In this document: positions 11,505 through 24,587 of the stretch, one piece after another
Position numbering within the stretch: the first letter of the stretch is position 1
Layout: every line of letters begins with the position of its first letter
Assembly: GCF_036321535.1 (NCBI RefSeq)
Contig: NC_087437.1
Span: 56,236,001 to 56,300,000, forward strand
DNA length: 64,000 nucleotides
Direction: 5' to 3'
From: Camelus dromedarius
Taxonomy: Eukaryota
Made by a program: the position numbers and the translations under genes
The notes under the pieces: model-generated
The model's database searches: none
What the model was told of the DNA's origin: nothing
The model's input: only the letters and a program-made list of their open reading frames with translations

Positions 11505-14500
11505 GGTTTTAGGAGTTATCTATATATTCTGGTTGTTAATCTCTTATCAAATATATTCTCTCATTATGTGGATTGCCTTTTTTATTTTTTCAATATTATC
11601 TTTTGATGCACAAATTTTTAAATATTCAGGAAGTCCAATCTGTCTATTTTTTTTCTTTGTTACCTATGTCTTTGGCTATATCCAAAAAGTAATGTTGGAT
11701 CCAATGCTGTGAAGTTTTTTGTTTTATGTTTTCTGCTAAAAGTTTTATTGTTTTAGGTCTTATATTAAAGACTGAATCATTTTGAGTTACTTTCTTTTTT
11801 ATGGTGCTAGGTAAGGGTCAAACTTCACTCTTTTGCATGTGGATATCCAGTTTTCTCAGCATCATTTGTCAAAAAGACTGTCATTTCCCCATTGAATGGT
11901 CTAGGCACTTTTGTTAAAATCCTTTAACTGTATGTACACATAAGGGTTTATATCTGGACTCTCTATTCTATTCCATTGGTATTATGTTAATACCACACTG
12001 TTTTGAATACTGTAGCTTTGTGTAAGTTTTAAAATCAGAAGTGTGAGTCTTCTAGTTTTGGTCTTCTTTTTCATAATTGTTTTGGCTACTCAAGCTCCCT
12101 TGATATTCCATATGAATTTTAGAATGCACTTTTCTATTTTTGCAAAAACCATCATTAGGATTTTATAGGGATTTTATTGAATCTGTTGATTGCTTTGGGT
12201 AGTATTCACATTTTAACAATATTAAATCTTCCAATCCATAAACATGTGATATATTTCCATTTATTTACATCTTTTTAATATTAATATTATGTCTTCTTAA
12301 TTTATTTCAGCAATGTTTTGTAATTGTCATTATACACGTCTTTCACTTCCTTGGTTAAATTAATTTCTAAATCTTCTATTCTTTTTGCTGCTATTGTAAA
12401 TTGAATTGTTTTTGTAATTTACTTTTCAGATTGCTCGTTGTTGATTTATAGAAAAGCAATTGATTTTTTGTGTGTGTGTGTTGACTTTGTGTCCTACTAC
12501 TTTAATGAAGTCATTTTAGTTCTAATAGGTTTTGTGTGTATATATGTGTATGGAATTGTTTTCTACATGTAAGATCATATCATCTACAAACAGAGATGAT
12601 TCTACTTCTTCCTATCCAATCTGGTTGCCCTTTATTTCTTTTTCTTGCCTAATTTCTCTGGCTAGGACTTCCATTATGATGCAAGTGCTCTTTATCTTTG
12701 CCTGGACTAAAACAACAAGCCCTAATTATTTTCCTTGCCTTTTTTTTTTTTTTCTTTCCTCATTCCAGTTATTCTTCTACACTTTACTCAGTTCTAAGGG
12801 AATCTTTCTAAACTCTAAACATGATGTTTAAGGGCCTTTGATTTCCCAAAAACTTAAATCCAATTTCTTAGCACTGCAAAATTCTTCACAAATAGATCTG
12901 AACTTATTTTTCTGACTCCTACATCACACCCTGCACTCCGCATACAAAGACTACATTTTTTATTTTCTCACTTTGGTGCTTTACTCATTAGCCTAGATTG
13001 CTTTCTAGTCTTCTTCTTTCTTACCATCATAAATCTTTTCTTCCTTTAAAACTCAATTCAACACCTCAACCTGTCTAAAGCCATCTTTGAGTCTCCCTGT
13101 CACATTTCTTTCTGAATTATCCCACATCACTTTATACTAGTCTTATGGCCCTTATTACACTTTAATTCATATTAGCATTAGTTTATCTTTTTGCCACAAT
13201 TTTTAAATTCCTTGAGGGTAGGGACCATTTATTTTACTTTTATGTTTGCATCTTCTCCAGGTCATAGGGAGTAGCACAGAGGCCTGTTAGTAGTAAATGT
13301 TCAATACATAGTGTAGACTGGGATTCTAAACAAGAGGCTTGTACATACTGAGGAATAAGATGTATTATAATATAGCAGGGATTTGAGATTTTGATCTTTG
13401 TTCGCTGGGTTTTCTCATTTTTACATTTCTTTCACAAATGAGATTGAATATAATTTTCCTTGTGATATGGGGAAAATTACTTTCTTCTGGCTTCAAATTC
13501 CTGTTTCATAAGGCCAGAATGTGACTTTGTGAATTTTACATCATGATAAGGGCCACTAAGAAAAACTATGAAGACAAACTAGAAACAAAGTATGAGTTAT
13601 AAAGCATGGTTCTTCTCACACTGTGAGAAGAATATCTAACCTTAATGCACTCATTTCTACAATTCAGCAATTTTCAAAGAAGCAGTGCCACATAGGACTG
13701 AGTATGTAGAGTAGAATAAAAACCAGCAAATCCCTCATCGGTACCAAAAAATGAATCAGTCAGATAGAGAAACTCACTCTGTAAATTCTCTACCACACAA
13801 AAAAATGTGGGCTGGAAGGTAAGAACATCTCCAGAGACAACACCACTTGCAAGATAATCATAAATTGTGTGGGATTTTGAGATGACAGCTTGATGCTTAT
13901 TCCCAAGGTGTTTCTAGAGTGAATTTTTTTCCTGGAAAATTCAAGCGTAAGTCCATTGCTCAAAGCTTCAACAAGCCAAGATTATATTAGAAAACAGATG
14001 ATGGCCTGACCCATTGTATGGGCCTGTCTAAATTGAAATTCAATGAACATAATCTTTTAATTAAATGAAATTCTGCCGCAGATCATCTTTGTTTTTCTCA
14101 GTTGTCATTCTTGGAAGGTCTTCAGTACTTACTGAAATTTTTGGTTCAATTTAGTTGGTAAATTTACCTAAATAAGATAGTATGGCCCTTCCTTTGGAAA
14201 ATATTGATGATCCAGGACATTACTGAAACCTAATTTATTGTTATTATTTTTAAAGGATGCAGGTTCACAAATTGCAGAGGTCTCATTCTGGAATAACTTT
14301 CTAATATTCTGTTGTTTTGATACATATATTTACTCAAGCTAATTAATAAACTGCTATTGAATAGAAGCCTTTGGAACTTTCTTAATAGTACAGTAAGTAG
14401 GATTTGCAATCAGGCTATCAATTTTCTGCATATAATTGAGTACTTGTAAAGTGCTAGAACTAGGTAATTGAAGTGTTTTAAGCACTTTCCTCAATCTTGT

Positions 14501-15248
14501 TTGTGCTATAATTTGCCCTGTCTGTGCAAAAAATGTTGCTGAATAAAGATTATCATCAATTTTGCTTCTGAACAAATAACCTTAACATTTAAATTAAGTT
14601 TAGACTTCACACATGTTGCATGAAGGACTTCTAAATTTGATCTCTCCCTACTTACTAGGTATTATTAACCATACATTCCTTCCACATACTCCTGAACTCT
14701 AACTCTATATAAGTTCTTATGGAATTTTAGTTGAATTAAATGAGTGAATTTTGTGTGACTTTATTGTAATCCCATAATTGCTTCTAACAAGTTAATGGGT
14801 ATATTCTTTATTCTTTTATTGATAGGTTTCTTGTTCTAGTTTAGTTGTAAGTGCAAAGAGGACGCAATGATAAAATCTTGTTCCTCACAGATTAATGGTG
14901 AGAGCAGGCAGACAGCACTTAACAACTAATGTGATCAGTGCAGGTTCAAAGTAACTTGGGATACTGAGGAAGTGGAGGCAGACTAACTCTGCTCCTCACA
15001 GTATGTGTGAGATTGGAACCAAGTCTTAGAGGATGGATAAGAGTTCCCAAAGCAGAGAAGATGGTTAGGGTATTTCACAAAGAAGAAAGAGGGAGCATAA
15101 CGATGCAAACTAATGAGATGAAATGGTGTGTCCAGGGAATTTCTGAAATTTAAGTGTCACTGAAAGTTATGGCTTAAAAAAGCCATGGGGCTTGATGTAA
15201 AGGAAACTGTGTGCAGGAGGGTTTTTTTAAAATTTTTTTAAATAAAAA

Positions 15249-15443
15249 TTTTTTTTTTAATTGAAGGAGAATCAGTTTACAGTGTTGTGTCAATTTCTGG
15301 TGTACAGCATAATGTTTCAGTCATACATATACATATATATTCATTTTCATATTCTTTTTCATTATAGGTTTTCATTATATTTTTCAATATCACAAGATAT
15401 TAAATAGAGACCTTTGTGCTATACAATAGAAAACTGTTGTTTC
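15249..15443 (-). mobile_element. Short L1 3'-end fragment
   Basis: PolyT followed by aattgaag...cagtttacagtgttgtgtcaatttctggtgtacagc...tgtgctataca. Confidence 0.8.
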
Positions 15444-16089
15444 AAATAAATAAAACATGCTGAAGTTTTGACAGTGTAAAGTATTGAAATTCTCCTGCTG
15501 CCAAGCTGGTGATATTCTGACAAGGACTGGGATTCTAAATTGGGCTGAACTGCCTAGGTTGGGTTGAGTTGGAATTGAGGCTTGGTTGACCTTTAGCCGC
15601 TAATTGTGGAGCCAAGAGACTGACTGCAGTGTTTAGGACAAAGTAAACAAGACAAAGAAACCTTACAAACTAAGCAGAGATGCCCAAAGAATTAGAGCTG
15701 AGAGTCAGAAATCCAGTCCAAGATAAAGGGTCTACAAAACTCTCTAAAACAGTGTAGACTGTTTCCAGGGAGGGCAATAGGGACATTTCCTCAGGTTCCA
15801 ACATTCAGCTACAGGGCCTCTTTTACAGATAAGAGACCTGTAACCTCACATCTAGGTGGGAGCGGAACTGGCCAGGCAATAGACAGGATTGTGTGAGCTG
15901 AGTTCCGTGGCAAGTTTTGAGTTTCAGAAAGATTTTCCTGGTATTGTGGCATGGGAGGAAATTGAGGCAGGAAGACCATTTTAGGAAGTCCTCTCAGTTG
16001 TTAACACAGATGATAAGAAACTGAACTGTTATAATAAGAGTAAAAATGGGGTGGATGGGTGAGGTAAGAACAGTGTGTAGCTAGAGCTT

Positions 16090-17900
16090 TCAGGTCAGTT
16101 ACATTTAATGTAATTATTGATTTGGTTGAACGTAAGCCTACCATCTCATTTTTTATTTTTCCCACTCTGTTTTTTTTTTTATTCCTTCGTTCCTCCTTTG
16201 CTGCTTTCTTTAAACTTTATTTTTTCTTAGAGTTGAACTTAATTTTCTCTGTTGCTATTTTAACTATGTCCTTTTGCTTTATTTTTACTTTTTTCTGGTG
16301 GTTACTCTAAGGATTAAATTATACATTCTTATATTATCATAGTCTATCTTGAAGTACTATTGTAACATTTCACTTATAAAAGTAAGACCCTTACAAAATA
16401 TATAGAGAGAGATTTAACCCTCCTCTGTGCTATTTTCAATGTGACAAATCCCGTAAAATATTGTTACTATTCTTGCTTTAAACCATCATTTTTTAAACAA
16501 ATTAGTTTAATTATGTTTAGTGTAGAAATTAAGGAATTATGTTTAGTATAGGTTTTCTATACTATACTAAATTTTTGTTTATATGAAAATGTCATTTTTC
16601 ACCTTATTATTATTTTTTCTGATAAAGAACAAACATCTATTATTATCACACAGACATTAAGCTCTTAAAACATTTATATGCACTGCGATTGTTTAATTCT
16701 TTCATTCAGCCCACGTTTATTGAGTGTCCACTGTGTGAGTCACTTCAAAGGCACTGAGAGCTCAGTCTTTACACTATTTATGAAGTGCCCATTATTTCAT
16801 AGTAATAATTATTAATTGAGCATGTCAGCACATTATCCCAGTTAGTCCTTTTAACTTCGCACTGAAAGGATATTTTTATTGGATTAAAATTATAGATTGA
16901 CTTTTTGTTTTGGTTTGCTTTGTTTTAACTCTTTTAAGTGCCCTTCTATTTTTCCTCACTTGCATTTTTTCTAATGAGAAATTAATCATTGTTATACTTC
17001 TGTTTCCCTATACGTTATATATATTTTTCTCTTTGTTTATTTTTTTCTTTGCCTTTGGCTTCTTTCAAAATTTTCCCTTTATTTTGAGTTTTCATCTCTT
17101 TGCTTCTCTTTGTATTTTTCCTGTTTGAGTTTATTGAACTTTTGAGATATACATATTGATTTTATTTCACGAAATTAAAACATTTGAGCAATAATTTTTT
17201 AACTTTTTTTATTGAGTTATAGTCATTTTACAACGTTGTGTCAAATTCCAGTGTAGAGCACAATTTTTCAGTTATACATGAACATACATATATTCATTGA
17301 CACATTTTTTTTTCATTGTGAGCTACCATAAGATCTTGTATATATTTCCCTGTGCTATACAGTATAATCTTGTTTATCTATTGAGCAAAAATTTTTTAAA
17401 CATATTTTGCTATTCCAATGTATTTTTCCTTTCCTTCTGAGACTTCAGTTACTATCATCTGATACACTTCTTATCAATTCCCAAGTCATTAATTCCTGCC
17501 CCCCCCACCTTTTTCTCTTTGTTTCAGTTTAGGTGATTTGTATTGGTTTATCTTTAAGTTCACTGATTTTTTTCTTCTTTTACTGTCCAGTTTGCTATTG
17601 AGTCCACTCATACTAATATTGTAGTTTCAGATATTGAATTTTTCAGTTATAAACTTTCCTCTTGGCTATTTTTAGAGTTTCTATTTCTCTTTCTCATTGT
17701 ATTTATCTTTACTTTGAAGTGTTTTATCACATGTATAATTATTATTTTTAAAGTCTTTGATAATTCCAATAGGTAGGTCTGGGTCATTCGTGACACTGCT
17801 GTCATTAACTGTGTTTTCTTTTGGTTATTGGTCACAAGTTTCTGCTTCGTTGACTGTTTTATACTTTTTAATTATACTTTTTATTTACATTTCAGATGTT
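16090..17900 (-). mobile_element. Ancient degraded L1 (L1M-type) fragments
   Basis: T-rich degenerate L1-like antisense text (ctaatgagaaattaatcattgttat, tttaagttcactgatttttttcttc, ttcagatattgaatttttcagtt). Confidence 0.5.
17184..17399 (-). mobile_element. Young, severely truncated L1 3' end with target-site duplication
   Basis: Direct repeats ttgagcaataattttttaa (17184-17202) and ttgagcaaaaattttttaa (17381-17399), 18/19 identical. They flank attgagttatagtcattttacaacgttgtgtcaaattccagtgtagagc..., which resembles camelid L1 tails. Confidence 0.85.
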
Positions 17901-17999
17901 GTGAATAAAAAGACAGTGAAGACCAGGGTATAATTTGGTTTGTTTTGTTTCTTTCCTCTGTCTGGCAATTAGGGTCATGTGCTATCGGTTAGATTTCTC

Positions 18000-19052
18000 C
18001 AAGAGTTGGGCTGAGGCTATACCTTCAAATAAGTTGTACTTACTGGCTGATGTCAACTGCCTGTTTGTTTATTGCCCCTTTCACGATAGATGCTCTCTGG
18101 TGGGCATTAACATGTGATCCACTTTGTGCCCAGCCCTATAGATATATCCACATGTCTCTTCCCTAGACCTCCTTTTTGCAAAATCTAGTATTTCTTCCAG
18201 TGTCCTGTCCATCTATTTGCCCTTGTCCTTGAGTTTGTGTATATTCTTACTACGAAACATTTCTCTAATCACACGTGGTGAATCATTGGTTTTATCTGAA
18301 GTTCTGCCTACTGGGAGGATTTCTCCTCACTGCTGTTTTCTAGTGTTGTCCTGAGTGAGGCTGTAATGCAAAGTGGTCCATATTTGGTTCTCACCATATG
18401 CTGAGCCAAACTATCTGTGAACAAAGCTTGTCCTTTTTCCCCTCTTCCTTCATCCAGCCAGATATAAGGAAGTCCCCATGTGAACATAGTTTTGGCTCAG
18501 AGACAGGTGATACACAGTTGATACACAGTATTGCAGTGATGTATGGCTTGGGAAACCAGACCCCCAGTTCGTGTAGCTCCAGCCCTGTGCATGCCGTTCT
18601 GGATGTGCCTCTTCTGTCTAACAATAAATTGCTGTGGACATCCCTGATCTTACAGCTTTGTGGTTCTGATAGGACATAGTTCATGCTGGGTATCTCTGGC
18701 CAGTTTTTGTTGTTGTTCCATGAATAGATACCGCATCTCTCCCAGGCCCAGCAGCGTACCAGGGATTGGTTTTCAAATGGTGTTTACTTTCACAGCCTTG
18801 TACCAGAACTTGCTCCATAAAGCTAGGGATTTATATTGTTATTCTAAGTCCTACTGGGACTTGCCATACTTCTAGTAACATTAGGGTTTGCTTGTTCACG
18901 TGGCTCAAGTGATGAGGCTGCCCTCACTGCAGTCTGAATCAACAGCTGAGCTCTGGGCCCCCTCAAAGCTGGCAACCTTGCACGTCATCTGGTAAATGAG
19001 TCAAATGCATAATATGTTGCCTTCAAAGAGGGCTGCCTAGTGTTTTGTTTTG

Positions 19053-19083
<31 letters not shown>

Positions 19084-20636
19084 GAGAGGAATCTTAGCAT
19101 GTCATACACCACAGAGTCCCTGACAATCTCACCAGTACGGCAGGCCCCTAGGTGCTTTCTTAGATTTTCTTCTTCGTGGAACTCTGTCTTTCATTTCTCT
19201 CCTTTAGCCAATGGATTCTGGTCTTGAGAACTGGTTCAGATCTGGAAACTAGGACTTTTACTGGGACAGTTGCCGCCAGCCTCCCATTTATCTATCCTTG
19301 ATTTGTTTGGTTGTGTGAATTAAGCAATGCTGTTTTGGCTGTCCAGCTATCTTGTGCCTAAGAATACTGTGATCTACTAACCATCTCCACAGGCTACCTA
19401 CGCACACCTCTCATGACCCCTGGCTGCCACTCTGACCATCACAATAATTATACGTCTTTGCTTTAGGCAGTTAATCGCTACCACTGGCCTGTGTTATTTC
19501 GGGAACCCTCATTCTTCTGTGGCTGCCTCTGCTGCCATCAGTTTTGACCTGCTGATGACGGCCATGGCTGATCTTTCCAACCATGCTGCTGCCCTGCTTC
19601 CTCTTCATGGTGTTGGTAAGTGGAGCATCTCCTGGGCTTTTCCATAGAAGATAATTGGCTGGTGGGCTTCCAGCCTTAGACAGTGTAATCATTCTGACCT
19701 GCTCTTGTCTTTGAGCCTTTTGATATCTCCTGCCACCATCCTCCATGAGAGTTCTAGTATTTTTGCTTCACCTAATAGGAGCCATTGCTTTCCCCAAGCT
19801 TCCCAGAGCCGTCCTAGATGCTTGTTGGCAGGAGGGTGATGCCACATCAGTCAGTTCTTCCTTACTGAGCTTTGTGTTCTGCCCACACTCTTTCAGTCTG
19901 CACTCTGGGGCCCTCATCCTCTATATTCTCTTCCAGCTGCTGTCACTGTGTCTTGACTAGATCCAGCATTTCTTCAGCCTGTGTCCCATTCCTCCCCATG
20001 AGGCCCAGTTTTCTCAGCCAAGTTATGTTGTTACTTAACCCTAATTACTGGTCAAGTGGAGAAGTGTTGGTATATTCAAAGGTGGGGAGGGTGTGTGTTG
20101 CCTTGCAGAGCAGAAACCTCTACATAGTTCTCAAGCAGGGAGAAAGCCTAGTCTTTAACTTAGTAGAGTGGGTCACCCTTATAGGTCCAGTGGATATGGG
20201 CTGGAGAATTGAGGTTTTCAAGTGCATCAACTCAGTTATTCCAACTCCACATCTAAGGATCCTGCTTCATCCCAATCAGGGCCCTGATAGTGGCATAGCA
20301 GACTTTCTAGGCAGCAATTCAACACTCCTTGGAGCTCTTGAGTCCTAAGTTGCTCTTCTTGGCCTTCCATCTAAGAGAGCTGAGAACCTTTGTATATATT
20401 GCCTCTGACTTGTACTTTAAGTTAGTAATTTAAGTGGGTAATTTATCACTTTTGGCTTTTTTGTTGCCGTTCTCCAAATTTATGGCATATTGTACCATCA
20501 GGGTATTCCCTTCCAATATTGTGCCATCCAAGTTAATCACCAGTGAAGTTTTTAACAATTTCACTAACATAGTAAGCCACCAGCAGGTGATCTGGCTTCT
20601 AAAATCCCATTTCTTAGCCCCACTCTGGATGCTAAT
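18000..20636 (-). mobile_element. Degenerate ERVL-class internal region (ERV3-16A3-like) adjoining its LTR
   Basis: GC-richer ~2.6 kb block directly abutting an LTR16-like LTR. No intact ORF; the left boundary is uncertain. Includes (TTTTG)n at ~19043-19084. Confidence 0.5.
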
Positions 20637-21056
20637 GGTCTTAAGTCAAATTCTCTGGGAACAAAGATTCTGAGATGGAGACTAAGGAAGCAAATTTACT
20701 GAAACATACACATAAATAGGTGAGGGGAGAAGACTGGACAGAGGAAAAAGTTGAACTGTGATGCAGTTGTAACAAGGATTTAGTTAATCCCATAGGGAAC
20801 TCTTGACTTGGGATGACCAGAGTTCTCCCAAATTGGGGAAAGAGAACATGACTTTTTGTTTCCCTACAACCTAAGATGTGAGCTCCTTCATAGGAGGGAA
20901 TGTGTGCTTGGGTGAGAAGCTCCCTGTAACTGAGATCAATACCTGAAAGAGGGGCTTAGCTATGATCCACCAGCATCCAACATTCCCATAATCTTGGGGG
21001 AGTGAGTGCTTTATTTTTTAGGAAGGTTTGGGCAACATACCACAGCTTCCACTATA
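20637..21056 (-). mobile_element. ERVL LTR (LTR16-like)
   Basis: Minus strand begins tatagtggaagctgtggtatgttgcccaaa, resembling the LTR16 5' end (tgtagtggatgctgtggtg...cccaga). The other end reads ...cccagagaatttgacttaagac. Confidence 0.6.
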
Positions 21057-22002
21057 TTTGATATGATGTGAGCTCGGTCCTCCAAAAATAAGAATGTCTG
21101 AGGATTGCAAAAACATTAAAATTGCTCCAGAGCAGGATGTGGGACTTGTTCAAGGAACAAGATAAATGCAAACATTCAGAATGTTCATTTCAACACAAAA
21201 TTTGAAATCATGAGTTATTTTTAAACCCTTCTTATCGTAAGTGAAGTCTATCTTTCATATCCCACTTCCTTTTGAGTAGGGAGATTAATTTTTCATTCTG
21301 AAAGAAAAGTTTTTTTTCTTCTTTCTTTTATGATAGGATAATTCATTCTGTCCTGATAACTACAAACGTTTGTATTTGCCAATGGATATAAAAGTGCATT
21401 GTGAAACTGTACAGTGTGATAGAAAACAAGAGAATATATATCATTATTACTTCCATGAAATAATCTTTCTATCCTGTGACCTTTTGGAAAATTGATGATG
21501 CCTAAGACTTGAAATTATAGGCATAGATTATCTTCCCCCAAGAATTTACTCACACACCAGATGAAACCTATCAAATAGTGAAATTTGGCCTGTGAACTAG
21601 AGACTCAAAACAATTATTCTGGTACAAATTTCTCAGTGGGGATATTCAATAAACACTTGCTGGCTAATCAAGGGGTATGTAATATATCAGGACAGGGGAA
21701 AATTAAGGTGAAAAATTTCTCCAACAAGTGTCCAACTAATTTTTGTCAAAGAGGATTCCATAGAAAACAAGACCTACAGAATATTTTGTTTTAAAAAAGT
21801 TATATTCTCCAAAATGAAATCTGTTAGTTTTGCTTTATTGCTTGAATTCTTCTGGTCACAGAGCCCTCTTTATTGTGGAACTCCTTGTAATTCATTAGAA
21901 TTAGGGTTCCATGGGAACACAGTGGGATTTCATTCATGTCAGGCTCCCATGTGATGGGATGGAAGCTGACACTGTTCCTGGCTACAAGGTGGTGCACATG
22001 GC

Positions 22003-22501
22003 TGTGGTAGCGAGCCTCCAAAATGGTCCCCAATACTCTCCCCGCTCCTGGTATGCATACCCTGTGTAACCCCCTCCCACATTTTATAGGTCTGTGTGAC
22101 TGATAACGTTTGGCAGAATTGATGGTATGTTTGAGATTAGGTTATGGAAAAGATGGCAGCTTCCTTCTCAGGAACACACTCCCTCATTTTCTCTCTCTGA
22201 CCCCTCGCTCTGTGGGAAGTCAGCTGCCGTGTTGTGAGGACACTAGGCAGCCAATGGATGAGCCCATATAATGAAGATGTGAAATGATCAGACAAAAAGC
22301 AGTGAGGAGCTCAGGTCAACAGTAGTGGAATGGAAGCACCAGCCCCAAGTTGTGCCTCCAGATGAGGCTGCAGCCCTGACCAGTCCTGACTCAGAACCAC
22401 CCAGCTAAGCCGACCCTGTGTTCCTGACCCCTAGAAACACATTTATTTTAAGCTGCTACACTTGGGGACAGCTTGTTACACAGCATCAGATATCTAATGC
22501 A
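22003..22501 (+). mobile_element. MaLR LTR (MLT1E/F-like), followed by an older MLT1-like remnant to ~22930
   Basis: Starts tgtggtag...cctccaaaatggtcccca and ends ttttaagctgctacacttgggga...ttgttacacagca...atctaatgca. Confidence 0.7.
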
Positions 22502-23661
22502 ATCATTTAATCCAGTCAGTGCATTTCATTCCTCTCACCACAGTGATAGGAATAGAGGTGGGCATTGGACCCGAGTTGGTGCATTTGGGTTGGCTTTCAG
22601 GACTTTTAGTGGGGATTCTAGTTTATGGAGAGTCTCCTATCTCCTAGATGGTAAAATGTGTGTATGTAAATGTTGGAGTCATTCTGTCAGGATGAGAAAA
22701 GCCACCTGGAGGACAAAGCTGTCATTCTGAAGAAGGTAGAACGTGAAGAATTATGCAGCCATACCTGGAATTCTGATTAAAAAAAAAAAAAAAAAAAGAA
22801 GCAGCAGCTTGCATTTCTATCTTCTCTCGAATTCTTTTCACTTAGGAAAGCCAACCAAACCCCTTAGTTATTCAAACTTATTTGATACGGGTTTTCTGTC
22901 AACTTGCTACCAAAAAAGTCTCTTAGTGTATACATAGGCAAAGACCATGTCTTTAAACCTCAACCAGCATCTTAGCTTATAACGTTTTATTAGAGGACAA
23001 AGAGTAGTCTTATAAAATATAAAATATCCTGATTCTCTGGATCTCAAACACCTAGTCATGGAGCGTGACAAGCTGATGAGCTCTCCTTTGCCTTTCTCTG
23101 GATTTTACTGTCTTAAGTATTGTTTCTTGACAGATGAATTCCCTCGATATAACACTGTTGCTCACCCCATGTAAGTCATCTTTACTGAGTAGCAGATCGT
23201 GCGGCCATATGCCACTCTCTAATTCAGGTGCCGTCCCCGGATAGGAACTGCCTTTGAGAGGCCAGTCCTAGAGTTAAGTCCATTTTACAAGTCTGTTCCA
23301 CCTGATTATGTACCTTTTCTTTTCTCTCTGGTTATTACCACTAAAGTTTCAGGTCCAACATATCTTTTAACTGACTCACTCAGGAGCATAATGAGGTTCA
23401 AATGAAATTGTATATAGGTCTGATTTGTATAGTAGTTGCTCAGTAAAGGTATATTGGATGCATGAACGATCTCTTAAACTTCATTTATAAATGTTCAAAA
23501 AGGAACATGAAATGGAAAACTAGTGTAATTTGATTGTTCTGTCATTTTTATTATACGGTGAATATTCATTGTAGAAAAATTAGGAAATCTAGATAAGTAA
23601 ACTACTGTCTTAATTGAAATAATCTAAAATACATCCATCAGCTATATATTATATTTGATAT

Positions 23662-24587
23662 ATTTTTTCTTCCAGTTTTATTGAGATATAGTTGATGTAC
23701 AGCACTATATAAAAGTTTATAGTGTACAGCATAATGATCTGACTTACATACATCTATGTAAGTCACAGTAAGTTTAGTTGACATTTATCCTCTCGTATAG
23801 ATATAAAATTAAAGAAATATAAAAGAAATTTGATGATGAAAATATTAGCATTTACTCTCTTAACAAGTTACAGCATACAACAGTGTTATATATATTTATC
23901 ATGATGTTATCATTACATCCCTAGTATTTATTTATCTTATAACTGGAAGTTTGCAGTACCTTTTGTTGCATTTATCCAATTTCTCCTTCTCCCCTCCTCC
24001 ACCTCTGGTAACCACAAATCTGACCTCCTTTTCTATGAGTTCCTTTTATGATTGCTTATTTGTTTTTGAAGCATAAGTGACCTACAAAACTATGTTAGTT
24101 CCTGTTATACAATATAGTGATTTTTTTCTATACATTTCAAAGTGATCACCACAATAAGCCTAGTTATGAGTATGTCACCAAAGATATTACTAGTTATTGA
24201 CTGTATTCCCCACATTGTGCATTTCATATCTGTGACTCATTTATGTTTCAACTGGAAGTTTGTACCTTTTAATTTTCCTCACCTATTTCTTTCCCCTCAA
24301 AGCCTCTTTCCTCTGGTAACCACCTGTTTGCTCTCTGTACCTATAATTCTGTTTCCATTTTGTTATTTTTATTCACATATTTTGTTTTTTGGAGTCCCTA
24401 TATAAATGAGGTCATACAGCATTTGTCTTCTCTGTCTGAATTATTTCATATATATATGAATATATATAGTGGAATATTTGATAAATATATGTGAAAATAT
24501 ATATGAATGTAAATATATATAGTGGAATATTAGCCATAAAAAAGAATGAAATCTTGCCATGAATGGACTTAGAGGGTATTATGCTAA
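23662..24587 (-). mobile_element. L1 3' end with inverted 5' segment
   Basis: Antisense L1 3' UTR to 24448, then a sense-oriented L1 piece (gtggaatattagccataaaaaagaatgaaatcttgcca...gagggtattatgctaa) ending at 24587. Confidence 0.8.

Larger units (their letters stand above)
9465..12680 (-). mobile_element. Older LINE-1 (L1MA/MB-like), interrupted by an LTR at 9734-10690
   Basis: L1 3' UTR and ORF2 antisense text (gctattgtgaatagtgctg, ccatagtggctgtaccattttacatccc, gatatccagttttctcagcatcatttg, ctggctaggacttcca). Collinear with the L1 at 2825-4150. Confidence 0.88.

Noticed and set aside
11389..11712. ORF with a poly-cysteine run
   Set aside because: Antisense L1 sequence with a (TTG)n microsatellite.
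19872..20348. 158-aa ORF
   Set aside because: Non-ATG start, antisense to a degenerate ERV-like region, and no recognisable domain.
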